Below the pieces are notes generated by a model, which was not told the origin of the DNA, ran no database searches, and saw only the letters and a program-made list of their open reading frames with translations. The position numbers and the translations under genes were made by a program. DNA of 45,109 nucleotides from Candidatus Yonathbacteria bacterium RIFCSPHIGHO2_02_FULL_44_14. Its GTDB lineage: Bacteria > Patescibacteriota > Minisyncoccia > Phycocordibacterales > UBA1550. The stretch spans positions 1 to 45,109 of the forward strand of contig MHUT01000009.1 in assembly GCA_001823535.1 (NCBI GenBank), given 5' to 3'. Of the stretch, positions 30,446 to 38,501 are shown piece by piece (positions within the stretch are counted from its first letter, which is position 1; every line of letters starts with the position of its first letter).

Positions 30446-30479
30446 ATGGAGCAATTTCTGTAAACAGAGATTGCTCCAT
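30446..30479 (-). terminator. Terminator hairpin
   Basis: atggagcaatttctgt-aa-acagagattgctccat. Confidence 0.6.
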
Positions 30480-30491
30480 CGCGACTTTTCG

Positions 30492-30650
30492 CTAATCCGC
30501 CAAATGACGGCGCACGATAAGCCACTCTACCTCTTCCTCATTTTCTTCAAAGCTGTGCGAAGGCGGATTTAATTTCCATGCTACCCAGAGAATAAAGACC
30601 AAAAAACACGAAGTTGCTAAAATGATTGATATTCCAGTGATCAGTTCCAT
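30492..30650 (-). CDS. Small single-TM protein (52 aa), absent from the ORF track
   Basis: MELITGISIILATSCFLVFILWVAWKLNPPSHSFEENEEEVEWLIVRRHLAD, with GGGAG SD and a terminator after the stop. Confidence 0.55.
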   Translation of the reverse strand: MELITGISIILATSCFLVFILWVAWKLNPPSHSFEENEEEVEWLIVRRHLAD

Positions 30651-30741
30651 TTCGCTCTCCCTGCAAAAGAAGTTTAGAAACTAAGATCCAACAAACCTAA
30701 TAGAAGTATATCATATAATGTACTTTTTGTAAAGCTTTTAA

Positions 30742-31215
30742 TCAAATCCCCAATATGCTATATATGGCAATCCCAAAAGCAATGGTAACATTTAATGACT
30801 CTTTTGTGCCAATCATTGGAATTTCTGCAATCACATCGCTTTGCGCGAGAACTTCCTTTTCTATGCCATCCACTTCATTGCCAACGATAAATGCAATTTC
30901 TCCTTTTCCTTCCACATTCACCTTTTTGTAGTCAGTAGAACCCTCGCTCTGTTCGAGCGCAATAACATAATAATTTTCTTTTTTTAACTTTTGGATACAC
31001 TCAAAAGTGCTCTCGACATATTCCCACAGAACGGTATCCTCTGCTCCGAGCGCAACTTTCGCAAAATCTTTTCTCCTCTCCCCTTTTTTGTCGAGCGGTG
31101 TTGGTGTCGTTCCGCAGAGATATATCTTTTCTATGCCAACGGCATTTGCAGTACGAAAAATAGATCCTACGTTATAGACACTGCGAAGATTATCGAGAAT
31201 AGCTATAACTTTCAT
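30742..31215 (-). CDS. SpoU/TrmH family RNA methyltransferase
   Basis: LDNLRSVYNVGSIFRTA, IVGNEVDG, EIPMIGTKESLNV. Confidence 0.93.
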   Translation of the reverse strand: MKVIAILDNLRSVYNVGSIFRTANAVGIEKIYLCGTTPTPLDKKGERRKDFAKVALGAEDTVLWEYVESTFECIQKLKKENYYVIALEQSEGSTDYKKVNVEGKGEIAFIVGNEVDGIEKEVLAQSDVIAEIPMIGTKESLNVTIAFGIAIYSILGI

Positions 31216-32246
31216 TACCCATTACGCTCCCTACGGATTGTCGAATAAATCTCAAGAAATGCGAAAAGCAGACTAAGCGTAAGCGGTCCAAACAAAAAAC
31301 CAAGAGGTCCAAAGAAACTAATACCGCCTAAAATAGACAACAGGGTTAAAAAAGGATGAAGTTTAATTCCACGACCAACAAGCTTTGGCCCTAAAATATT
31401 ATCAACAAGTCCTACTGCAACAATACCCCACACGAGAAGCCCTGATGCAGAGACAGTTTCTCCTATAAAAAAAAGATATAAGATAGAGGGAATAAGGACC
31501 AACGCGGTACCAACTCCGGGAATCAACGCGGCAACCGCTGCCACGCTTCCCCAAAGTATAGGATTTGGTACTCCAAAAATACTAAGTCCGATTGCGGTCA
31601 GCACGCCCTGCACGAGCCCCACTAAAATGCTTCCTCGCACAACAGAATTGATAGCAAGCTCAAGCTTGCGAAAAATTGTCTCATCGTAAATATCTTGCAA
31701 CGGACTTAGTGCGACAGCAGACTTCTTGAGCTCGCTGCCGTCCTTAAATAAATAGTAGAGCGCGATAAGAAGCACAAAAATGCCGACCATTATTTTTGCA
31801 ACATTTGAAAATATGGTACCGAGGTGCTGGATCAAAAAGCTTAACCCTTGCTTCACATACAGACCAAAATCAAGAGTGCCGGTTGGTAAGAAAGGAATCC
31901 CTAAACTTCGGACAACATCCTCAATCCCCCGCGCAAGCTCTATCGTTCCACCATTGTCGACAACCGATGAATAAAGCTGTGTTGACTCTTGAAAAATTTG
32001 TATACCTAAAAATGTTACCGGTACGACAATGACAACAAGAACAAACAACGTGGTAAGAAGCGCAGAGAGCCCTGCCCTTGCTTGCATAACCGCGAGGATT
32101 CTTTTGTGTACTGGCGCAAATACTGTGGCAAAAATTACCGCCAAAATGAGTGCATAGAGAAATGGCTGAAAAATAAAGAAAATAACAACGGACATCCCCG
32201 CAAGGAGAACGAGGAGAAAATAAAGTTCTGATTTTTGGTAACCCAT
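31215..32246 (-). CDS. AI-2E (UPF0118) family transporter
   Basis: Multi-TM; LIPGVGTALV, VDNILGPKL, FGPLGFLFGP. Confidence 0.92.
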   Translation of the reverse strand: MGYQKSELYFLLVLLAGMSVVIFFIFQPFLYALILAVIFATVFAPVHKRILAVMQARAGLSALLTTLFVLVVIVVPVTFLGIQIFQESTQLYSSVVDNGGTIELARGIEDVVRSLGIPFLPTGTLDFGLYVKQGLSFLIQHLGTIFSNVAKIMVGIFVLLIALYYLFKDGSELKKSAVALSPLQDIYDETIFRKLELAINSVVRGSILVGLVQGVLTAIGLSIFGVPNPILWGSVAAVAALIPGVGTALVLIPSILYLFFIGETVSASGLLVWGIVAVGLVDNILGPKLVGRGIKLHPFLTLLSILGGISFFGPLGFLFGPLTLSLLFAFLEIYSTIRRERNG

Positions 32247-32254
32247 ATATTTAA

Positions 32255-33217
32255 TTATACAATTTTGCCAATGATATTGCCATTTATCTTATTCTCCGCA
32301 ACCGAGCGCCAAAAGAAGTACCCGACAACACCGATGGTCACCACAGGTGAAACCCACGACTGAATGTGAGCACCAAACGCTTCGAGGATCATCACGAGTC
32401 CGAGAAAACCAATCGAGTACATAGCACCGTTTTTTAAATAGACATACGAACGAATACGATCCACGTTCATCACCGTAAGCTGACGCACCACGATAGCGCC
32501 GATGCCATTACCAATAAGGATGAGTGGAACTACCGTAGTAAATGCAAATGCGCCAATAACGCCGTCAATACTGAACGCAACATCAAGCACTTCGAGAAAG
32601 AAAACTTTAGCCCAGTCTGACATCGCACTGTGCTCGCCGGATGCTATCAAACGCTCTTCTATCTTTTCTGCATTATCTTTAAAACCCTGTGTGATAAAAA
32701 ATACACAAAAACCAACTGTTGCCGCAAGCGCGAGGTGCATTGGTTTTTCAAGAGATGAATTATTAATTTCATAAATCACCCCGACCAAAAGGAGTGCTGC
32801 TATCGAGTAAAACCACACTGCGCCGTATGTTTGTACATACCATTCATGAGGAAGACCAAATTTTTTGTCTTCCATAAAAAGCCAGTGAGCCCAAAGGAGG
32901 AGGAGAAACATCCCGCCCGCAATCATAATCACCGGGGTTACCGCCTCAACCGCAACAGTAACATTGGAATCAGTTTGCCAAATAGCCTGAAGCGCCCCAA
33001 AGAAACCAATACTAGGATCTGCCAAAAAGACAATTACTGATGGCAAAAGACCACGCACCACAAACACTGCAAAAAGAATACCCCAAGTAAGAAAAAATCG
33101 CTTTGCGCGACGGCTCTTCATTGTTGAAAGTACATCGGCGTTCACGACTGCGTTGTCGATACTTGAGACGATCTCAAAAACAATAAGACCGAGGAGGGTT
33201 AGAAAGATTGCGAACAT
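32255..33217 (-). CDS. DUF475/TerC-like membrane protein
   Basis: FEIVSSIDNAVVNA, LEVLDVAFSIDGVIGAFAFT, YLKNGAMYSIG. Start uncertain (33217 or 33226). Confidence 0.85.
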   Translation of the reverse strand: MFAIFLTLLGLIVFEIVSSIDNAVVNADVLSTMKSRRAKRFFLTWGILFAVFVVRGLLPSVIVFLADPSIGFFGALQAIWQTDSNVTVAVEAVTPVIMIAGGMFLLLLWAHWLFMEDKKFGLPHEWYVQTYGAVWFYSIAALLLVGVIYEINNSSLEKPMHLALAATVGFCVFFITQGFKDNAEKIEERLIASGEHSAMSDWAKVFFLEVLDVAFSIDGVIGAFAFTTVVPLILIGNGIGAIVVRQLTVMNVDRIRSYVYLKNGAMYSIGFLGLVMILEAFGAHIQSWVSPVVTIGVVGYFFWRSVAENKINGNIIGKIV

Positions 33218-33245
33218 GAAAAACATTCTACATGAGAAATAGAAG

Positions 33246-33470
33246 AGGTGCAAAGCGACACTAGGCTCTCGGTCGCGGATTTGGATAGCCTCGCTGAGTA
33301 CGGCTCATCTAAGACTAGCGTGTGGTCACGAATCACTAAATATATTGCTTCGAGTACTCGCAATCTACGTAAGTGCTCGCGACCCCGCCTCGCCATTTCG
33401 TCTGCTGACGAAATATGGCTGTGGCCTCCACAACTAAAAAACGACGCGCAGGCGTCGTTTTTCTTTACGT
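33246..33470. repeat. tRNA-Ala-associated structured element (degenerate)
   Basis: Core ggtcacgaatcactaa..taagtgctcgcgacccc (33324-33386) resembles the Trp/Tyr cores; inverted tccacaa copy; hairpins. Confidence 0.65.
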
Positions 33471-33472
33471 TG

Positions 33473-33546
33473 TGGACCCGGGGAGAATCGAACTCCCTAC
33501 CTCCGGAGTGCAAAACCGGCGCTCTAGCCAAGTGAGCTACGGGCCC
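33473..33546 (-). tRNA. tRNA-Ala(TGC)
   Basis: Cloverleaf GGGCCCG/CGGGTCC with G3:U70, loop TT-TGC-AC, TTCGATT T-loop. CCA is not encoded. Confidence 0.95.
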
Positions 33547-33630
33547 AAATTAAGTCTAAAAGTTAAAAGCGAGAAAAATGCATCTACTTTAAACTTTTTT
33601 ATTTGTGACTTTTAACTCGTCTATAATACC

Positions 33631-34596
33631 TTATTTTTCCCGTAATGCAAGCGTAAGCACATAATCGACAAACCCCGGAAGCGACAAGCCGCTCAGCGTG
33701 AGGGATTTCACCAAGAGCGATGTATCGGTAAGTCCGGGGAGGGTGTTTACCTCAAGCAGGCACGGTCCATCTTCTGTTAGGATAAAATCGTACCGTGCGT
33801 AGTGGCGGGCACCCAAATGAGCGTGGGCGAGGAGCGCGCTTTCTTCGAGCGTCCGACGCTCAGCATCACTCATTCTTGCCGGCCCCACAGGGTGTGTTAA
33901 GTTGTTGTATTTTTGATCATAATCAAAAAGCTTGCCCTCTGGAAGAAGGATTTCAAGCGGTGGTGTTGCATAGGAACCAAATCCCCCAGAGGAATCAATA
34001 ACACCGAGAGTAATCTCGCGCCCGCGCACATACTCCTCAATGATTGCTTTTTCTGAGTGCGCGAGCGCACCCTCTATCGCCGAGATTAATTCGCGTGAAT
34101 TATGTGCAAGCGAAAGCCCTACAGATGAACCTCCAGAAAGCGGCTTCACCACGTACGGTGCATGAATTTCGGCACCAACGCGAGCAACAACGTCACTCAC
34201 CTCTTCCCCCCGCTCAACAACAAGACCGCGAGGTATCTTTATGCCAACAGCAGAAAAATATTTTTTTGCAAGCTCTTTATTCATACCTATCGCGGACGGC
34301 AGCGGTGTAGAGCCGGTGTAGAGTATATTAAATGTCTCCAGAATTCTTTGGACTTTCCCATCTTCACCGAACTTTCCATGAAGCGCATTAAAGACCACAT
34401 CAACGTGTTGAGAAAGTTTTGCAGGCGTCGTTGGAATGCCATCAATATGCCACTCACCATTATTTGTAATGAGGATATCGCGGGCGTCATATTTTTCGCC
34501 AGAAAGAGCTTTGAGAACATTTCCACCAGTACGAAGAGAGATAGCATATTCACTACCAACACCTCCGCGCATTACACCGACTCGAAGTTTTGTCAT
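33631..34596 (-). CDS. ddl: D-alanine-D-alanine ligase
   Basis: GGVGSEYAISL, LHGKFGEDG, VKPLSGGSSVG, LEVNTLPGLT. ATG at 34596. Confidence 0.95.
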   Translation of the reverse strand: MTKLRVGVMRGGVGSEYAISLRTGGNVLKALSGEKYDARDILITNNGEWHIDGIPTTPAKLSQHVDVVFNALHGKFGEDGKVQRILETFNILYTGSTPLPSAIGMNKELAKKYFSAVGIKIPRGLVVERGEEVSDVVARVGAEIHAPYVVKPLSGGSSVGLSLAHNSRELISAIEGALAHSEKAIIEEYVRGREITLGVIDSSGGFGSYATPPLEILLPEGKLFDYDQKYNNLTHPVGPARMSDAERRTLEESALLAHAHLGARHYARYDFILTEDGPCLLEVNTLPGLTDTSLLVKSLTLSGLSLPGFVDYVLTLALREK

Positions 34597-34677
34597 GTTT
34601 TTATTATACATTACATAGGGTAACTTACGAAGGTTTTTGATTGATTTTCGCCCTGTTTCTGCTAGTATGTGTGGATT

Positions 34678-34759
34678 GCCGGGATGGCGGAATTGGTAGA
34701 CGCACACGACTCAAAATCGTGCGGGGCAACCCATGAGAGTTCGATTCTCTCTCTCGGCA
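34678..34759 (+). tRNA. tRNA-Leu(CAA)
   Basis: GCCGGGA/TCTCGGC acceptor, CACGA-CTCAAAA-TCGTG, long variable arm. CCA is not encoded. Confidence 0.95.
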
Positions 34760-34769
34760 CAAAATAATT

Positions 34770-35033
34770 ATGATACTTGGGTATATCACTATCACTCTCT
34801 CTATCCTTGTCACCTGCATTGGAATGACCTCTCAGGTAAAGAAAAACTATTCGAGAAAGAGTACAGAGGGGCTTTCATCCATTTACTTTATTCTTCTCGC
34901 TGTCTCTTACTCTTTTTGGATGTTCTACGGCTTTTCGAAAAATGATTATGTTCTTATTATTCCTGGAATAGCTGGTGCTATGATGTCTTATATCATCGTT
35001 TTTCAAATCCAATACTACAAAGCACGAAGATAG
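34770..35033 (+). CDS. SemiSWEET/PQ-loop family transporter
   Basis: 87 aa, 3 TM, SQVKKNYSRKSTEGLS, FWMFYG. Confidence 0.8.
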   Translation: MILGYITITLSILVTCIGMTSQVKKNYSRKSTEGLSSIYFILLAVSYSFWMFYGFSKNDYVLIIPGIAGAMMSYIIVFQIQYYKARR

Positions 35034-35092
35034 AATCTCCATGTTAAACAAAAAATGCCTTGAATTAACTGCGAGGTATTTTTTTGTTTCTC

Positions 35093-35713
35093 TTAGATTT
35101 TTCCTACCAAATCAAGTCCTGGCTCAAGTGTATCATCGCCTGGCTCCCAACTTGCAGGACATACTTTACCGCCGTGCTCACGAACAAACTTTGCCGCTTG
35201 AAGCTTCCTCACAAGCTCTTTTGCGCTTCGTCCAACACTGTTATCGTTTACTTCCACAATACGGAGTACTCCATCCGGATCAACAACAAACGTACCACGA
35301 AGAGAAAGTCCTTCCTCGGGAATATATGTGCCGAACATATGGCAGAGTTCGTGACGCGTGTCAGCAAGCATTGGGAACGTAATCTTTTTAATAGCGTCCG
35401 AGGTGTCGTGCCATGCCTTGTGCACAAACACAGTATCTGTCGAAACAGACAGAACCTCGCCACCAAGCTTTTGAATCTCAGCATAATTATCTGCCATCTC
35501 TTCGAGCTCTGTTGGACAAACAAATGTAAAGTCTGCTGGATAGAAAAAAAGAATGAGCCACTTACCACGATAATCCGAGAGTTTAATTTTCTTTATTTCT
35601 TCATTATGAAATGCTTCTACTTCTGCGTCAGGAATCTCGTGCCCAATTTCTGCAAACATTGTCACATCGACTTCACATCCACCGCAACATTCGTTCATAT
35701 CTTTGTGTTTCAT
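35093..35713 (-). CDS. ahpC: 2-Cys peroxiredoxin AhpC
   Basis: FYPADFTFVCPTE, GLSLRGTF, VCPASW. Confidence 0.96.
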   Translation of the reverse strand: MKHKDMNECCGGCEVDVTMFAEIGHEIPDAEVEAFHNEEIKKIKLSDYRGKWLILFFYPADFTFVCPTELEEMADNYAEIQKLGGEVLSVSTDTVFVHKAWHDTSDAIKKITFPMLADTRHELCHMFGTYIPEEGLSLRGTFVVDPDGVLRIVEVNDNSVGRSAKELVRKLQAAKFVREHGGKVCPASWEPGDDTLEPGLDLVGKI

Positions 35714-35756
35714 CGTAATAATTTGTTAATTTGTAATATATAGGTAATATACCAAA

Positions 35757-36659
35757 ATGAAGCGAAAAGAAGAACAATCTAATGTCATCGCTGTCGTAGG
35801 TACCACCGCTTCAGGCAAGAGCTCGCTTGCGGTTGAGATTGCGCGTCTTATAGGCGGGGAAATAATTTCTGCAGATTCTCGACAAGTGTACACAGGACTC
35901 AATATTGGCACTGGTAAAATCACCAAACGTGAGATGCGTGGAGTTTCCCATCACCTGCTCGATGTAGCCAACCCAAAGCGCATGATGTCGGTTGTCCAAT
36001 ACGAACGTCTCGCCACACGCGCAATTAGTGATATTTTAAAACGTGGCAAAGTGCCCATTATTTGCGGGGGTACAGGACTTTATTTTGATGCGGTGCTCAC
36101 CAATACATCATTTCCAGAAGTACCGCCGAACACTAAGCTTCGTCATAAACTTGAAAAACTGCCAGCAGAGAAACTTTTTGAAAAACTAAAAATGCTCGAT
36201 CCTGCCCGAGCACAGACTATTGATCCAAAAAATCCTAGACGACTCATTCGTGCAATAGAGATTGTAAAAGCCCTCGGCAGTGTCCCCGCACGTACACCTG
36301 CCGTAGAGCGATACAATACACTTTACATAGGACTCACCTTGGGAAAAGAAGACTTGTCGGAGCGCATTCATACGCGACTACTGGCGCGTATGCGTAGCGG
36401 GATGATTGCCGAAGCAATGAAACTTCATGAACGAGGCCTCTCATGGAAACGAATGGAGGCGCTTGGTCTTGAATATCGCTTCCTCGCGCAATTTTTACAA
36501 GGAAAAATTTCAAAAAAAGAAATGCTTGATTTACTTGAAATTGCAATACGTCAGTATTCAAAACGGCAGATGGTTTGGTTTATGAGGAATGAAAGAATTA
36601 AGTGGTATAGGCCAGCTGAAAGAGGTAAAATTTTGAGTGAGCTAAAAAGATTTCTATAA
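35757..36659 (+). CDS. miaA: tRNA dimethylallyltransferase MiaA
   Basis: GTTASGKS, ISADSRQVY, GGTGLY, NPRRLIRAIE, KRQMVWF. Confidence 0.97.
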   Translation: MKRKEEQSNVIAVVGTTASGKSSLAVEIARLIGGEIISADSRQVYTGLNIGTGKITKREMRGVSHHLLDVANPKRMMSVVQYERLATRAISDILKRGKVPIICGGTGLYFDAVLTNTSFPEVPPNTKLRHKLEKLPAEKLFEKLKMLDPARAQTIDPKNPRRLIRAIEIVKALGSVPARTPAVERYNTLYIGLTLGKEDLSERIHTRLLARMRSGMIAEAMKLHERGLSWKRMEALGLEYRFLAQFLQGKISKKEMLDLLEIAIRQYSKRQMVWFMRNERIKWYRPAERGKILSELKRFL

Positions 36660-36663
36660 ATCC

Positions 36664-38082
36664 TTAATCTTGCGATAATCTGGAAAACCTATAATCATCA
36701 GGCTTTAATTTAATGTCCATCTCAAGTGTAGCCTGATATGATCCTAAACATGGGTCAATATGCTCTTTAATGTCTGATAGTTTTTCAAGCACTGGCTCAA
36801 TATCAAGCCCTTTTTGTCTCAAAAACCGCATCATTCGTAAAGCATGAGCCCATGCATCTCTCTCTTCAGCAATGTACTCTTCTCTTGCTTTCTCTAATTT
36901 GCTATTTTTTATAAGATAGTATTTTTTAACTTTAAGGGACTCTTTGACTTCCTGAGGGACCTCTAGATTACTAATTTGATCAATACTAGCGCTATTAAAC
37001 GCATGTTGTAGATTTATCACACCAGCCTCTTGTGTAGGCTCTGTCACCGAAAGTGACGACTGATTATCTACAATATATAGTTCTGTGCCGATATCTGAAA
37101 GTTTCTCAACTATTTCACTAATTTCCTCAGCTATCTCACTAGAGTGAGGTTTAAGACTTGCGAATTCTAGCGCCTGCATTAAACTGTAAGATTCTGTAAG
37201 AAGTTTTTTATAAGTAAATTTGCCTTTATATGAATCAGAGGAATAGTTATCCTGCCATGAGTGTGCAATCTCGTGAAAAAGACTTAGCATTTTACCTTTC
37301 TCAGTGATATTTCCATACCCAACCATTCTCTTACTTGGAGACTCAAAAAACTTTCCTGTAGACATGGACGCTCCTCCATAGTTTTTTAAATCAAAATCCT
37401 CCACCCCTGGTTCAAAATGAAAGTCACTAGGCAATAAAGCATCCAGATCAAGTGCCATACCACTTCTTGTATCCTGTATAATAAGACTAGCTCTTGTAAA
37501 TCTATATGTATTTGAATTAAATATTTGATTTTCTATGTGCTCATAAAGAATATTCTTGTCTCCATATTGCTTCATGGCGCGAGAAATTTCCTGTTTATTT
37601 ACACCATTATTTTCACTTTCATTTAAACTGGTTTCATACGGTTGCTTCTCTTTCCTAAAAAGACTTTTTTCAAAAAAACTTTCGAGATTCTCTCTTAATA
37701 TTTTTCGTTTTAGGAGCGTCGGAGCAAATTCATTTTTTTCTTTTTGTACTAAGGCATTAGTTGTAAAATCATCACGACCCTGCCCAAGTCTTTCTGGAGG
37801 TTTAATCCCTTGTGGAATAAGTTCTTTAAAAAAATCTCCAGCCTCATTGCTAAAATCCTTGAGAGAGGTGTATCTGCTTGTTATTTCCTTTGATGTTTCT
37901 GCGCGTAGGCCCCCTATAGTAGAAATTCCTATGGAGTTGAGAACTGGCTCCAAACTATCAAGAAGTTTATCTTTTAGTGACAGTGAGCTTAACTCAGAAC
38001 CTCTTTCTGTTGCCTTCTCGACATTACTAAAAGAGGGCTCAGGTGGCTTCGTATAATTGTTCAAATTATTGAAAGATTCCAT
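36664..38082 (-). CDS. Hypothetical zincin-like metallopeptidase, AT-rich
   Basis: LFHEIAH (HExxH) and EERDAW. TG-A-TATAAT lies 6 nt before the ATG at 38082. Confidence 0.65.
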   Translation of the reverse strand: MESFNNLNNYTKPPEPSFSNVEKATERGSELSSLSLKDKLLDSLEPVLNSIGISTIGGLRAETSKEITSRYTSLKDFSNEAGDFFKELIPQGIKPPERLGQGRDDFTTNALVQKEKNEFAPTLLKRKILRENLESFFEKSLFRKEKQPYETSLNESENNGVNKQEISRAMKQYGDKNILYEHIENQIFNSNTYRFTRASLIIQDTRSGMALDLDALLPSDFHFEPGVEDFDLKNYGGASMSTGKFFESPSKRMVGYGNITEKGKMLSLFHEIAHSWQDNYSSDSYKGKFTYKKLLTESYSLMQALEFASLKPHSSEIAEEISEIVEKLSDIGTELYIVDNQSSLSVTEPTQEAGVINLQHAFNSASIDQISNLEVPQEVKESLKVKKYYLIKNSKLEKAREEYIAEERDAWAHALRMMRFLRQKGLDIEPVLEKLSDIKEHIDPCLGSYQATLEMDIKLKPDDYRFSRLSQD

Positions 38083-38125
38083 ACACAAATTATATCATAA
38101 ACTAGGTTCAGTCCCGCTTCCGGCT

Positions 38126-38390
38126 TTCGAGTCCTCGTGGGCCTCGCAATGACAACAATGCCAGATGACTTTCAGTATCTGGCATTGTCATTGCGGGCCC
38201 ACGAGTCCGCGGTCCCGAGTTACTAAGTATTTTACCACGTTTCACTTGTAAAATCCTAAGTACTCGCGACCCCAGCTCGACTGTCGCCTTGCGACATGGC
38301 TCCGCTTTTCGAGTCCTCGACGCAAGCCAAGCAGTTGGCTTGCTTGGGCCCGCAAATGAAAAGCACCGCTTAAGCGGTGCTTTTCATTTG
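38126..38390. repeat. tRNA-Trp 3'-end mirror array
   Basis: Inverted copy 38126-38149, direct copy 38191-38205, interrupted inverted copy 38308-38355, and two long hairpins. Confidence 0.9.
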
Positions 38391-38461
38391 CGGGCCCACG
38401 AGGACTCGAACCTCGGTCTGCGCGTTTGGAGTGCGATATTCTACCACTGAACTATAGGCCC
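38391..38461 (-). tRNA. tRNA-Trp(CCA)
   Basis: GGGCCTA/TGGGCCC acceptor, G73, loop CT-CCA-AA, CGAGG-TTCGAGT-CCTCG. The anticodon stem is imperfect. Confidence 0.9.
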
Positions 38462-38501
38462 TTACGAATTCGAGTATATCAAAATTTACCTAAAAATGGA
38501 A

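Noticed and set aside
33199-33615. ORFs overlapping tRNA-Ala and its element (also 3642-3863, 39888-40153, 40217-40399)
   Set aside because: Spurious frames across structured non-coding DNA.
36660-38402. Genomic island integrated at tRNA-Trp carrying the HExxH gene
   Set aside because: All tRNA-end copies lie on the tRNA side of the gene, with no distal att repeat and no integrase.
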